Positions 30,417 to 41,180 of a stretch of 64,000 nucleotides of DNA are shown here, piece after piece. The first letter of the stretch is position 1; each line of letters opens with the position of its first letter. The position numbers were made by a program, and so were the translations under genes. The notes beneath the pieces were generated by a model, which was not told the origin of the DNA, did no database searches, and was given only the letters and a program-made list of their open reading frames with translations. This DNA comes from Gemmatales bacterium (GTDB lineage Bacteria; Planctomycetota; Planctomycetia; Gemmatales; HRBIN36): NCBI GenBank assembly GCA_041640595.1, contig JBEPZY010000002.1:604407-668406 (forward strand), read 5' to 3'.

Positions 30417-33400
30417 ATGAGCAGGAAAGCATGTGCGTTTGTCATCAGCTGGCTAATGGTTGCGCTGCCTGGCTGGAGTCAATCAGAGAAATTGCCACCA
30501 GGTGCGCAGGTAACTCGCCTGGAAGCATTCCCCGACCGCGTGGAGCTGGTCGGCCCGTTTAGTTATCGCCAGCTGCTTGTCACTGCTCATTTGAGCAACG
30601 GCGAAACCCTGGATGCTACTCGTATGGTAAATTACCAGGCACCGGCCAACCTGGTGCAGATTTCGCCCCTGGGCCAGGTTACCCCTGTGGCGGATGGAGC
30701 CGGTGAAATTCGCGCCACACTCGCTAACCAAACGCTGACCATTCCGGTTCTGGTGCGTGGCACCCGCGAAAACTACTCGGTAAGTTTCGTCCAGGACGTG
30801 ATGCCGATCTTGAGCAAACTCGGTTGCAATGCCGGGACGTGCCACGGTGCCGCCAAGGGGAAAAACGGTTTCAAGCTGTCCCTGCGCGGATATGATCCGA
30901 TTTTCGATCATCTGGCATTGACCGATGACGTGGAAGCCCGTCGGTTCAATCGGGCCGCTCCCGAACGCAGCCTGATGCTGATGAAACCGGCTGGCGCCGT
31001 GCCGCATGTCGGCGGCGTGCTCATGCAGCCGGGCGACCGTTACTATGAGTTGATCAAACGCTGGATTGCTCAGGGCGTGCCGCTGGACAAGAATGCTCCC
31101 CGCGTTGTCGGCCTGGAGATTGTGCCGAAAAACGCCATCCTGCCGCTGCCAGGCATGAAACAGCAGGTAGTGGTGCTGGCACGGTATAGCGATGGTAAAG
31201 TCCGCGACGTCACCGCCGAAGCGTTCGTCGAAAGCAGCAACACCGAAATCCTGACCGCTGACAAGAACGGCTTGGTCACTGCCGTGCGACGCGGGGAGGC
31301 GGCTATTCTGGCCCGGTACGAAGGTGCCTATGCCTCGACGCTGTATTTCGTGATGGGCGACCGCAGCGGTTTCGCCTGGCAGGATGTGCCGGAATATAAC
31401 TTCATTGACACCCTGGTTTATGCCAAGCTCAAGCGTTTCAAGATTCAACCCAGCGAGGTGTGCACCGATGAGGAGTTTATCCGCCGAGTGTATCTCGATC
31501 TGACCGGCCTGCCACCTACCGTGGAAGAAGTCAAACAGTTCCTTGCCGACTCTCGCCCGTCCCGCATCAAACGCGAGGAATTGGTAGATCGGCTGGTGGG
31601 TAGCCCCGATTACGTGGAACATTGGACGAACAAATGGGCCGACCTGCTGCAGTGCAACCGCAAGTATCTCGGCGATCGTGGAGCTGCCGCTTATCGCGAA
31701 TGGATCCGCAAAGCCATCGCCGAGAACATGCCCTACGACAAGTTCGCCTACGCCCTTTTGACTGGCAGCGGTTCGACCCTCGACAATCCACCGGCCGCGT
31801 ATTACAAGATTCACCGCGAGCCGGGCGATCTTGTCGAGGCTACCACGCACCTGTTTTTGGGCATCCGCTTCAATTGCAACAAATGCCACGACCATCCGTT
31901 TGAGCGCTGGACGATGGACAACTATTACGAGTTGGCAGCTTATTTCGCCCAGGTCCAGCGCCAGGAAGACCCGCGCTTCAAGGGACAGCGGATCGGTGGC
32001 ACGGCTGTGCAAGGGGCCACTCCCCTGGTAGAAATCATCGCTGATGCGAAAGGCGGGGAGATCAAAAACGAACGTTCCGGCCAGACGGCGGTGCCGAAGT
32101 TCCCGTTCCCTGTGGAGGTGGAACTACCCAAAGACGCTCCGCGCCGCGAACAACTCGCCCGCTGGCTCACCTCGCCGAAGAACCCCTATTTTGCCCGGAG
32201 CTACGTCAACCGAATGTGGAGTTACCTGACTGGCGTCGGTTTGATTGAGCCCGTGGACGACATTCGCGCAGGCAATCCGCCGACCAATCCCGAACTGCTG
32301 GAGCGGCTGACCGAGGAATTCATCCGCAGCGGTTTCAACACCCAGCATTTGATCAAACTCATCTGCAAGTCGCGGGTCTATCAGCATTCGGTCAAAACCA
32401 ACCGCTGGAATCAGGACGATGAAACCAATTACTCCCACGCTATCGCCCGACGGTTACCCGCGGAAGTATTATTCGACGCTATCCATCGCGCGGTGGGTGC
32501 GCCCTCGAGAATCCCCGGAATGCCGGTCGGAGCCCGCGCCGCACAATTGCTCGATTCCAGCGTTCCGATTCCTGGCGGTTTCCTGGAAATATTCGGCAAG
32601 CCACCGCGAGAAAGCCCGTGTGAATGCGAACGCTCCAACGATCTCCTTCTCGGCGCCGTGCTCAACATGATCAACGGCCCGGTTATCAGCGAGGCTATCC
32701 GCGACTCGAACAATCGCATTGCCAAGCTGGTGGCTAGCGAAAAAGACGATGCTCGCGTCGTTGAGGAACTTTTCCTCATGATCCTTAATCGCCGACCTAC
32801 TCCGCGGGAACTGGAGGCGGGCATCCAGGCGCTCAATGCTCCGCGTAACGATTTTGAACGGCTGGCGCGAGAACGCGAACGGCTCGAAAAAGCACTCGCC
32901 GAATCCGAAGCGCGGTTGCCCCAGCGGGCCCAGGAATGGGAAAAACAGCAGACCATCTGGCACGCCGCTGAAATCCTCGAAGCCAGAGCTCAATCAGGTG
33001 CGAAATTCGTCCGCCGACCGGATGGCTCGATGCTGGTCGAAGGCCCCAGCGCCAAAAACGACGTTTACTACGTGCGCGTGCGTGTGCCGACCAGCCAGGT
33101 TACTGCCGTGCAACTCGAGGTCCTGCCGCACGATTCTCTGCCGGGCAAAGGTCCCGGTCGTGCTCCCAGCGGAAACTTCGTCCTGACCGAATTCCGCGTG
33201 CTGAAACCCGGCGACAAGCCCGAAGCCAGCGTTGCTGGTTTGCTCGGCAGCATTGCCGCGGAAGCTGTCGGCTGGCAAGCGCTGCCGCTGCACCGTCCCC
33301 AGGCAGACTTTTCGCAGAACGGCTTCCCGGTGCAAAACGCTCTCGACAAGCGCGACGATACGGGTTGGGCTATCGGCAACGAGTTCGGTAAGCCTCACCG

Positions 33401-33770
33401 GGCCAGTTTCGAGTTTCGGGATACGCAGACCGGGACTACGGAACTGCTGCTCGTCCTGGAGATGAAACATCCGCAAATTGCCAACCACACTATCGGGCGA
33501 TTCCGCATCTATACCACTGCCAGCCTGGCGCCGGTGAAGCTGACCGGACCACCGGAGAAAATCGCCAGCATTCTCCGTCTGCCTCCGGAAAAGCGTAGCG
33601 AGGATCAGAAAAAAGAGTTGCTGAACTACTATCGCGGGCTGGACGAAGAATTGCAACGCCTCAACCGCGAACTGGCCGAGATCGGCACGCCGGGCAGCGT
33701 GCGTCTCCTCGGTGCTCAGGATATCGCCTGGGCCCTCATCAACAGCAACGAATTCCTGTTCAACCACTGA
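30417..33770 (+). CDS. DUF1549/DUF1553 (PSD1) protein with Ig-like domains
   Basis: CNAGTCHG, FIRRVYLDLTG, CNKCHDHP, NPYFARSYVNRMW, CECER, WALINSNEFLFNH. Confidence 0.92.
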   Translation: MSRKACAFVISWLMVALPGWSQSEKLPPGAQVTRLEAFPDRVELVGPFSYRQLLVTAHLSNGETLDATRMVNYQAPANLVQISPLGQVTPVADGAGEIRATLANQTLTIPVLVRGTRENYSVSFVQDVMPILSKLGCNAGTCHGAAKGKNGFKLSLRGYDPIFDHLALTDDVEARRFNRAAPERSLMLMKPAGAVPHVGGVLMQPGDRYYELIKRWIAQGVPLDKNAPRVVGLEIVPKNAILPLPGMKQQVVVLARYSDGKVRDVTAEAFVESSNTEILTADKNGLVTAVRRGEAAILARYEGAYASTLYFVMGDRSGFAWQDVPEYNFIDTLVYAKLKRFKIQPSEVCTDEEFIRRVYLDLTGLPPTVEEVKQFLADSRPSRIKREELVDRLVGSPDYVEHWTNKWADLLQCNRKYLGDRGAAAYREWIRKAIAENMPYDKFAYALLTGSGSTLDNPPAAYYKIHREPGDLVEATTHLFLGIRFNCNKCHDHPFERWTMDNYYELAAYFAQVQRQEDPRFKGQRIGGTAVQGATPLVEIIADAKGGEIKNERSGQTAVPKFPFPVEVELPKDAPRREQLARWLTSPKNPYFARSYVNRMWSYLTGVGLIEPVDDIRAGNPPTNPELLERLTEEFIRSGFNTQHLIKLICKSRVYQHSVKTNRWNQDDETNYSHAIARRLPAEVLFDAIHRAVGAPSRIPGMPVGARAAQLLDSSVPIPGGFLEIFGKPPRESPCECERSNDLLLGAVLNMINGPVISEAIRDSNNRIAKLVASEKDDARVVEELFLMILNRRPTPRELEAGIQALNAPRNDFERLARERERLEKALAESEARLPQRAQEWEKQQTIWHAAEILEARAQSGAKFVRRPDGSMLVEGPSAKNDVYYVRVRVPTSQVTAVQLEVLPHDSLPGKGPGRAPSGNFVLTEFRVLKPGDKPEASVAGLLGSIAAEAVGWQALPLHRPQADFSQNGFPVQNALDKRDDTGWAIGNEFGKPHRASFEFRDTQTGTTELLLVLEMKHPQIANHTIGRFRIYTTASLAPVKLTGPPEKIASILRLPPEKRSEDQKKELLNYYRGLDEELQRLNRELAEIGTPGSVRLLGAQDIAWALINSNEFLFNH

Positions 33771-33781
33771 TGGCCCTGCGG

Positions 33782-34819
33782 CTATCTTTCCGGCCGAGGC
33801 ACGGGGATAAAGACGGGATTATCGGATAATTTGACGGCACCGACAGTTTTCCCCGCCAGCAATTGCCGCAATTGCACTGCCGCGGGCTCGTCAATGCTGT
33901 CGAAGCCGCCCACCGTCACCAGCGAAGTTTCCTGGGTGTGCAGCACATAGGCTTCGTAATTCAAACTCGGATGCCGCAGAATCTGGCACAGATTGTGCGC
34001 CTGTAAAGCGGCAGCGTCGGGTTTCCAGCCGAGGATTTTTTCGAGCTGCCGCATCTCCTTTTCCACTACCGGATCCAACGCGGTTGGGCTGGGGGCGACC
34101 CGGTTCATCACCGGTGGGGTGCCTCGCATGCCAACCACCATCGTCGGCGACTGGTACACCTTCACCAATAGAGTAAACCGTTTCGGACAGCGAAGCAGGC
34201 TGTAGGGGTTGTTGCGATTCAGTTCGGCCCAGGTAGGGTCCCAATTCTGGGGTCGGTGTTGCTCCGATTTGGGAAGCAGGGGATTGGGTACCACGAAAGC
34301 GTACCGGAACGGGTTATACGGTGCATACTCGCCTTTGACCCTGCCGGAGTTGTTTTCGTTTGCTTCGTTCCGTTCTGGGCGGAGAATGAATAGCACTGGC
34401 AGGGGAACATCTTTCGGTGGTGGCAGTTGTTTGATGCGGTCGAGTTCGCGGCGAGCATCGTCCCAGCTGCGAAAGTCTCCGACCAGCACTGCGTATTCGT
34501 CCTCAATCCGATAGCGGCGAAATCGCTGGTTCGGTCCATAAAGCTCCCGCAGGCGTCGCAGTTCCTCTTCCTGCTTGCGGCGTTCCTCTTCCGAACGGCT
34601 GAACAGGTAAACCCGGCAGCGGTAATTTTGTTGCACATAGCTGGCCAGACGCTGAGCCAGTTCGCGAGCATTATCTCCGCGAAAACTGCCAACACAGATC
34701 AGAAATGGGCCACTCTGCGGCGTCAACCAGGAAATAGATGGGGGAGTGGTTTGCCCGCAAAGTTTCTCCAGCGCAGCAAGCCAGCCGACACTGGCCAGTA
34801 AAAAGGTTCTTCGCTGCAT
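33782..34819 (-). CDS. Planctomycete hypothetical exported protein (Tat-like signal, SPOR-like segments)
   Basis: MQRRTFLL; AVLVGDFRSWDDARREL; SLVTVGGFDS. Confidence 0.7.
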   Translation of the reverse strand: MQRRTFLLASVGWLAALEKLCGQTTPPSISWLTPQSGPFLICVGSFRGDNARELAQRLASYVQQNYRCRVYLFSRSEEERRKQEEELRRLRELYGPNQRFRRYRIEDEYAVLVGDFRSWDDARRELDRIKQLPPPKDVPLPVLFILRPERNEANENNSGRVKGEYAPYNPFRYAFVVPNPLLPKSEQHRPQNWDPTWAELNRNNPYSLLRCPKRFTLLVKVYQSPTMVVGMRGTPPVMNRVAPSPTALDPVVEKEMRQLEKILGWKPDAAALQAHNLCQILRHPSLNYEAYVLHTQETSLVTVGGFDSIDEPAAVQLRQLLAGKTVGAVKLSDNPVFIPVPRPER

Positions 34820-35079
34820 CGTGTGCTACTCCCGTGCAGGCTTGCCAGGGGCAATCGGAAGCCCGCCGCCATTCCGCTAATCAAACGGCATCAGGTTCAT
34901 CTGCTGCGTGGCCTGGCAGCACCATCCCTATAACGTTTGCCTCGCTGCCGTCCAGGTCGATCTGTGGCTGGTTTTACGCGACCTGCGGTCGGCACCGCAG
35001 CAGCACCTTTGAGCGCAGCTACGTGGCCGAGCCTGGGAGAATTTCCTTCGCCGCACCGTGTGTTTAGCCGCGACCGGCA

Positions 35080-35109
35080 TTGACAGCCGTTCGACGCAGC
35101 TGCTATAGA
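35080..35109 (+). promoter_or_regulatory. Sigma70-like promoter
   Basis: TTGACA-N18-TATAGA with TG extension, upstream of the 35153 gene. Confidence 0.5.
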
Positions 35110-35152
35110 CGTTTCCTCTCCCTTCCGGTCCCGTTTTTGCGGGAGCCAATTC

Positions 35153-36172
35153 GTGGTGCCATGCAAAACGCCGAACTGCTCGACGGATGCTCGCCTGCTT
35201 GTCAGGTTTCAGCGTGGCAGCGCTTGCCGACCGAGGGAAACAAGCGATCGTCCAGCCCGACCAGCACGCTGGGTGCTCTCGGCAGTGCTTGTTTGTATCG
35301 GGGGGACAGGTTGCCAGCTATCACTGTGGACGGTTGATCTCGGGACGAAACTCAGCGCAACGCAACCGGTCGTGGCTAATGGCGAACCGGCTCTTGGGCA
35401 GACCGCGGATGCGGTTGCGCCGGGCAGTGCCCCAGGCGAGACCGCCTCGGCCAAACTGCAACAACTTTACGAGCAGGCGGCACAACGCTACGCCCAGATA
35501 GACGACTACGTATGCCGATTTCGCCGCCGCGAAGTGCTGGCCAACGGCAAAGTGTGCGAGGATATGGTCATGCTCCGGGTTCGCAAACAGCCGTTGAGCC
35601 TGCGGTTCACCTGGCCGAAAGGTTCCGCCGATGAGGGGCGGGAAGTCGTTTACGTTCAGGGACGCTTCAACAATCAGCTGGTGGTGCGGACGGGCAAGGG
35701 AGATTTGCTTGCCGGTCTGCGGGTGGAACTGGCTCCCGATTCGCCTCGGGCTAGTGCCAACACCCGCCGATCTTTTTTGCAGGCCGGTGTGGGCTATCTC
35801 ATCGAGGCTTTGGGCGAGGCACTGCGGGAGCAACAGAAAGGTTCTTACCGCTACGGTCGCATTCACTACCTCGGCAGGCAAACGCGAGCGGAGTCGGCCA
35901 CACCGCTGGAATGTCTCCTGCAGGAAATTCCACCGGGCCTGGAAAAATATCTCCCTCGCGGTGGAAAACGCTACTTTTATCTCGCCACCGATTCCCGTCT
36001 GCCCGAATTCGGTCTGCCGGTTCTGGTGATTACGCTCGACGAGAATGAGCGGGAAGTCGAGTACTATTGCTTCGACCGGTTCAGCATCAATATCGGGCTG
36101 CGCGACGAAGATTTCGATCCCGACCGGCTGTGGCAGAAAGACGATGACCGTCCGAAACCGCCGAAACAGTAA
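35153..36172 (+). CDS. DUF1571-like lipoprotein
   Basis: Lipobox-like GGTGC; DYVCRFRRRE, RKQPLS, GREVVYVQG, DEDFDP. Confidence 0.75.
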   Translation: MVPCKTPNCSTDARLLVRFQRGSACRPRETSDRPARPARWVLSAVLVCIGGTGCQLSLWTVDLGTKLSATQPVVANGEPALGQTADAVAPGSAPGETASAKLQQLYEQAAQRYAQIDDYVCRFRRREVLANGKVCEDMVMLRVRKQPLSLRFTWPKGSADEGREVVYVQGRFNNQLVVRTGKGDLLAGLRVELAPDSPRASANTRRSFLQAGVGYLIEALGEALREQQKGSYRYGRIHYLGRQTRAESATPLECLLQEIPPGLEKYLPRGGKRYFYLATDSRLPEFGLPVLVITLDENEREVEYYCFDRFSINIGLRDEDFDPDRLWQKDDDRPKPPKQ

Positions 36173-36397
36173 CGGGTCCGGCAAAAATTGTTTCCCCCCT
36201 CTTGCCAGTACCATCGGGAACCTGCCTAATATAAATGCAGCAACCAGCGCTGAGCCGAAGACCGGCCGAACAGCAAACCGCTTCGGTCGCAGCACGTACC
36301 CGAAGACCGCGATAGCCTCGACCAGCACTGCGAGTCTCTCCAGACCGTCGGAGAATCCCACGCGGTTCTCGGTAACAGCAACCAGTGAGGTGCCACC

Positions 36398-36847
36398 ATG
36401 ACCCGGTTAGGCGAGTTACTGGCATACAAGGGAAATCAGGTGTTCACTATCGAGCCGGAAGCCACGGTTCTGGCCGCTGCTGAACTGATGAACCAGCACC
36501 GCATCGGTTGCCTGCTGGTGTGCGAGGGCACGCGGATTCACGGCATCCTTTCCGAGCGGGACATTTTGCAGCGGGTGGTAGCAGCGCGACGGGATCCCAG
36601 TACCACCACCGTGGCCGAGGTCATGACTGTGCACGTCATCTTCGCATCGCCCGACATGCCCATCGAGCAGGCGCAGCGGATCATGATGGAAAAACGCATT
36701 CGCCATCTGCCGGTCGTTAGCGATGACGGTCAGCTGTGCGGCATGATCTCGATCGGCGATCTCAATGCCTGGGAAGCTCGCAGCAAAGACGCCACCATCC
36801 ACTGGCTGCAGGAGTATATTTACGGCGTTCCATTCAGCTCCCGTTAA
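36398..36847 (+). CDS. Stand-alone CBS-pair protein
   Basis: GILSERDIL and RIRHLPVV...GMISIGDL; GAGG RBS. Confidence 0.92.
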   Translation: MTRLGELLAYKGNQVFTIEPEATVLAAAELMNQHRIGCLLVCEGTRIHGILSERDILQRVVAARRDPSTTTVAEVMTVHVIFASPDMPIEQAQRIMMEKRIRHLPVVSDDGQLCGMISIGDLNAWEARSKDATIHWLQEYIYGVPFSSR

Positions 36848-36996
36848 TTTTCCGGTACAACCTGAGCCCTGCCGTTGTTGTCGGCAACCGTCCTGACTGA
36901 GGCTGTTTCTTGAACACTTCTCGCAGCGGCGCGGAACCCGTGGCAGTTTCTGGTTCCAGATTAGTAGTTTTCCGGGTAGCAAAGCAACGTAAGTCC

Positions 36997-37031
36997 AAAA
37001 CAAAATGGGGTACGCGTCGGATGCGTACCCC
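36997..37031 (-). terminator. Intrinsic terminator of the 37089-38183 gene
   Basis: GGGGTACGCA-TCCGA-CGCGTACCCC then ATTTTGTTTT on the minus strand. Confidence 0.75.
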
Positions 37032-37088
37032 TGAATAGATTACCGCACCGGCCTTAGATGTAGATGTCAGGTTCAGATAATGGCAGGC

Positions 37089-38183
37089 CTAATCGCTAAG
37101 ATTCTGGACGTTGAAGGTAAAGCCGTCGTTACGCACAGCAGCCAGGACGAAAATGTCGCGATCTACCGTGTACTTAATCCTGCGCACCGAGCGATCCACC
37201 ATGACGGCGTTGAAGGAACCAGGATGAGCCGAGCCAAATTTCGTCGTGCTCCCCTGGTAAGTTGCGGTATCCCGCATCGGTGCCCAGTCCAGTGTGTTCG
37301 TATTCGATGTCGGTCCCATGGGCCGTCCGATGTTGTCAGCGTCCCATCCAGCCGCCCAGCCATTGTCGCTCGGATTACTACTGGTCGAATACTGATTGCG
37401 TCCCAGGTACTTCTCTCCAATTAGAATCGTGTTCGAAGTGCCATCGGGACAACCAGACTCCAGATCGAGGACTCGCTGCGGGTTGTATAACGTGTTGTTG
37501 GTATAATTCACGCCGCAACGGACGATCATGCCACTCTCTTCGCTGTTGAACCCGATAGTTGTTGCTCCCCCAAACAGTGCGGGATTCAATGGCTGATACG
37601 TACCGTTGAACCCACCGCAGCCGAGATAATCGAGAAATCCGTTGGGACCGTTACCCTGGTTCGCTTGCAATACGGAGACGTTCAAAGCGGCGCCGTGGAC
37701 GGGACCAGCAAGGGGATTCTGGAGGCTGACTTCCCACGTGGCCGTGCCTTGTGCTCCGTTACCCATAGTGAGAGTTCCAGGTCTTCTCCGGCTGGGACAC
37801 ACATAGACCGAAACGGCTAATCCGCGAATGTTATGTTCCTGACCGGGCGGGGCAGCGTGCTGCGTGCCATATTCCAGGTATGGCAAAATCTGATAGCCCC
37901 AGCCCCAGCTCTGCCAGGGAGGACCGGCAGGCTGACCACCGACGAAAATCCTGGGGGATTGCCAGTCATATCCGCCCGTAGGCAAAACGCGATAATCATT
38001 TTGATGGTTATGAAAGGCGATAGCAATCTGGTTCAGGTTACTCTGGCAGCGCATGCGGTTCGATGCTTCGCGGACACGCTGAATGGCCGGTAAGAGTAAG
38101 GCCATCAAAAGTCCGATAATGGCGATGACCACCAGCAGTTCGATGAGGGTGAATCCCCTCCGAGCACGAAATCGCCTAAGCAT
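37089..38183 (-). CDS. DUF1559 prepilin-type N-methylation domain protein (copy 1)
   Basis: [66 protein letters not shown]. Confidence 0.93.
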   Translation of the reverse strand: MLRRFRARRGFTLIELLVVIAIIGLLMALLLPAIQRVREASNRMRCQSNLNQIAIAFHNHQNDYRVLPTGGYDWQSPRIFVGGQPAGPPWQSWGWGYQILPYLEYGTQHAAPPGQEHNIRGLAVSVYVCPSRRRPGTLTMGNGAQGTATWEVSLQNPLAGPVHGAALNVSVLQANQGNGPNGFLDYLGCGGFNGTYQPLNPALFGGATTIGFNSEESGMIVRCGVNYTNNTLYNPQRVLDLESGCPDGTSNTILIGEKYLGRNQYSTSSNPSDNGWAAGWDADNIGRPMGPTSNTNTLDWAPMRDTATYQGSTTKFGSAHPGSFNAVMVDRSVRRIKYTVDRDIFVLAAVRNDGFTFNVQNLSD

Positions 38184-38376
38184 GAGACGTCCTCCTCTGG
38201 AATGTACCAGCGGGGATGGCCGCCCATAGTTATCTCCGGCTGGTACTGTTTCAGAATTCGATCCAATGGGCTGGCCCCTTTTGCCAGGCATAGTATGCAA
38301 AAGAGGTTAAGGGCTGATGAATCCCTGGCTGAACACGATGCAGTGACCAGTCAATGGGGGGACAAGTCGAAGCAGC

Positions 38377-38417
38377 AAAAAGAAGGCCCGGTAGAGCCAC
38401 AGTAGCCCTACCGGGCC
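38377..38417 (-). terminator. Intrinsic terminator of the 38480-39532 gene
   Basis: GGCCCGGTAGGGC...GCTCTACCGGGCC followed by TTCTTTTT on the minus strand. Confidence 0.8.
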
Positions 38418-38479
38418 AGTGTGTTCATCGGCCGCACCGTACCGTTATGGGAGCGACCCTGGAACCACATAAGCGGTTA

Positions 38480-39532
38480 TTACTCCAGGTTACGAACGTT
38501 GTAAGCCTGGCCGTCATTGCGGATGCAAGCGCGGCGCAGAACTTCCGGAGCCACCGAGTAGCGAATGTAGCGGATAGAGCGATCGGCCATCACGGCGTTG
38601 AACGAGCCGGCATGCGGCGAGCCGAACTGAGCTGCCGTCAATGTAGTCGGCGCCGTGTAAGAATAGACCACCGGATTCTGGTCGTTATCCTGGACGGCCA
38701 TCGGTGGCACAGGAGACGTGGTGGTGTTATGCACCGCACCAATCGTTTCCGCATCATACCCCTGCGTCCAGCCGTAGTTGTTGTGAGGGTTGCCAGCCAC
38801 TTCGTACAGCTGTTTATTCATGCGCTTTTCAGCCAGCAGAACGGTATTCGAAGTTCCGTCGGGGATGCCCGCATTCAGGTCAATCGAGCGACGCTGCGAA
38901 GCCTGGGGATGGCTGAACCCGCTCGCCACCACCGTTCCGCTCATCGTCCAATCGCCATAAGGGGCAACTGGATAAGAACCCAGGCTGTCGGTGATCGGCC
39001 CGATGATGCCGCCATTTCCGACATAGTCATTGGGAGCGATAAGCGGCAAAAGCGTACCAGGCACCGTCTGCGGCTTGCGCCGGGAAGGACAAACGTAAGA
39101 GGGAACCACCGTCTGACGGATAGCGTCATCCGCGTTGAACCGGTGGAGGTTCAGCAATTCCATTTGCGGCAGAACCTGGTACATCCAGCCCCAGTTTTGT
39201 TCCGGCGTCTGGGCCGGCTGAGCTGGAGGAGCATAGCTTCCCCCTGTTGTAGAGTTAACAGTGAATGGAGGGGTGGCGGTTGGATTCCAGATGACCCGCC
39301 CAGTGTTAGGCCAGCCACCCGTGGGGAAGATGTTGAAATCGTTGTGGAAGTTGTGGAAGGCGACACAGATTTGATGCAGGTTGTTCGCACAACGAGATCG
39401 GTTAGCCGCTTCACGCACACGCTGGATCGCCGGTAAAAGTAAGGCCATCAGCAGCCCGATAATGGCGATGACCACCAGCAGTTCGATGAGGGTGAATCCC
39501 CGCCGACGCACGACACCGGTTCTGCGACGCAT
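38480..39532 (-). CDS. DUF1559 prepilin-type protein (copy 2)
   Basis: [42 protein letters not shown] before ATG 39532. Confidence 0.93.
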   Translation of the reverse strand: MRRRTGVVRRRGFTLIELLVVIAIIGLLMALLLPAIQRVREAANRSRCANNLHQICVAFHNFHNDFNIFPTGGWPNTGRVIWNPTATPPFTVNSTTGGSYAPPAQPAQTPEQNWGWMYQVLPQMELLNLHRFNADDAIRQTVVPSYVCPSRRKPQTVPGTLLPLIAPNDYVGNGGIIGPITDSLGSYPVAPYGDWTMSGTVVASGFSHPQASQRRSIDLNAGIPDGTSNTVLLAEKRMNKQLYEVAGNPHNNYGWTQGYDAETIGAVHNTTTSPVPPMAVQDNDQNPVVYSYTAPTTLTAAQFGSPHAGSFNAVMADRSIRYIRYSVAPEVLRRACIRNDGQAYNVRNLE

Positions 39533-39605
39533 AAGCAGACCTCCTTTTTGTATGGAAGGACCCGGAATTGTCGGACAGGCCCCGCGCCTGCCCACCTCTG
39601 TTCTT

Positions 39606-39634
39606 AGGCTACTGGTCGGTGATGCCGCTGTCAA
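39606..39634 (-). promoter_or_regulatory. Sigma70-like promoter of copy 2
   Basis: TTGACA-N17-TAGCCT. Confidence 0.6.
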
Positions 39635-39732
39635 GGGGTCAGCTCCAAAATTTTTGTTTCCGTGAATGGATAGGGTTCTACAAAGCAGGATTTTCTCAGA
39701 CCGGTTTTTCCGTGGCGATGCCGAAGCCTGAA

Positions 39733-40731
39733 TCAGTTCTCAGGAGGCAGGACATTTTCGCCGTTGCGGATGGTTGCCAGTGCCCGATAGGTAGCCAGGT
39801 CAATGGTTTCGCGGATAAAGCGAGTCGAACTGTCGGCCATGACAAACTGGGTTCCCCCGGGATGGCGACTGCGGAAGGAGTACCGGTCTTGCCACTGCCC
39901 AATGCCGCCGCAGGGCGCCGGCATGTTCGGCTGCATGCAAACGTTCGGCGGAATCGCACAAGTCGCGGTGCACATGTTGCTATACACCCAGGTGCAGCAA
40001 TGCTGGTCCAGCTCCGGCGAACGTTCGCCGATCATGAAGGTGTACGCCGTCCCATCGGTAACATCGGTGAGGGTAATCTTCTCCTTAACATCAGATCGGT
40101 AAAACATCCCGTTGCCGTTGTCGAGTCCATTGCAACCCTTGAGAGGGTCGGAGAAATTATAGCCCGCAGCCGACCAGCACCAGTTCGAGCCTTCTACACC
40201 GGCGTAATTGATCATCGCCACCTGGACTGCGAAATTGACGGATTGGCGTACACCAATGGCGCGAGCGCGGTCACTGGGGCAGAACAGGAAATCCAGCTGG
40301 GTGGCCAGCGGGTTGAGGGCAGGGTTCTGGCTTCCGGCATTGCCGAAAGTAGCCTGCATAATCGTAGTGTTGTCGAAATTTTCCCCGCCTGTAGAATCGG
40401 CACTGCGGATTCTGTTGTAGAGATCGCCTCGCTCAAAGTACGGCAATAGTCGCGCAAACAAGCACCACTGCGCATCGTTGGCATTGCAGCAACCCTGCAT
40501 GGTGATCTCACTACCGGTGCGTGGCAAAATTTTCCAATCATTGACATAGTTGTGTACGGCAACGGCGATATGCTTCAAATTATTGCCGCAACGCATACGG
40601 TTGCTTGCTTCCCGGACACGCTGAATCGCGGGCAAAAGCAAAGCCATCAGCAGCCCGATAATGGCGATTACCACCAGCAGTTCGATGAGGGTGAATCCCC
40701 GCCGACGCACGACACCGGTTCTGCGACGCAT
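39733..40731 (-). CDS. DUF1559 prepilin-type protein (copy 3, Cys-rich)
   Basis: [34 protein letters not shown]; 13 Cys. Confidence 0.93.
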   Translation of the reverse strand: MRRRTGVVRRRGFTLIELLVVIAIIGLLMALLLPAIQRVREASNRMRCGNNLKHIAVAVHNYVNDWKILPRTGSEITMQGCCNANDAQWCLFARLLPYFERGDLYNRIRSADSTGGENFDNTTIMQATFGNAGSQNPALNPLATQLDFLFCPSDRARAIGVRQSVNFAVQVAMINYAGVEGSNWCWSAAGYNFSDPLKGCNGLDNGNGMFYRSDVKEKITLTDVTDGTAYTFMIGERSPELDQHCCTWVYSNMCTATCAIPPNVCMQPNMPAPCGGIGQWQDRYSFRSRHPGGTQFVMADSSTRFIRETIDLATYRALATIRNGENVLPPEN

Positions 40732-40804
40732 AAGCAGATCCCCCTTCTAAGTATGGAAGGACTCAAGCTTCTTGGACAGGCCCCGCGCCTGCCCACTTGT
40801 TTTT

Positions 40805-40832
40805 TTCATAGGTGCCGCAATGATTGCGTCAA
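40805..40832 (-). promoter_or_regulatory. Putative promoter of copy 3 with an internal palindrome
   Basis: TTGACG-N16-TATGAA; palindrome CGCAAT-G-ATTGCG at 40816-40828. Confidence 0.4.
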
Positions 40833-41180
40833 GTACCCAAGAGGGAAGACAACAATCCCCTACTGGTGGAGCTATAAACCACCGGCATGAAAGGCCAGGG
40901 ACAGCGGTAAGATTGCGGGAAGAGACGTTCACGTCGAGCTATCCTTTTTTTCGAACGGGCGACCCTGACCTTCACTCCATTCAATTATGCGACGAGCCCA
41001 ATGTCAAGGGGTTCTTTCCGAAAAAGTATAGCTCTCAGCAAAAATTAATTAACCGGGCAAGTGGTACGCTGCCTGAATCAGTCCCGGTAGTGCATCGCCT
41101 CAAGCCGCGAGCCAGGGAGAGTGTATGCGCCGCGCTGGAGATCGGAACTGACGCAGAACCGGGTGACAGGTGCCTGACAG

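Noticed and set aside
30483..32012. 509-aa minus-strand ORF (and similar ones at 35321-36361, 38354-39436, 42509-43525)
   Set aside because: Antisense to well-supported genes, with no motifs of their own
37089..40731. Diversity-generating retroelement or shufflon acting on the DUF1559 genes
   Set aside because: No reverse transcriptase, no TR/VR pair with adenine-specific mismatches, no invertase or inverted recombination sites in the window
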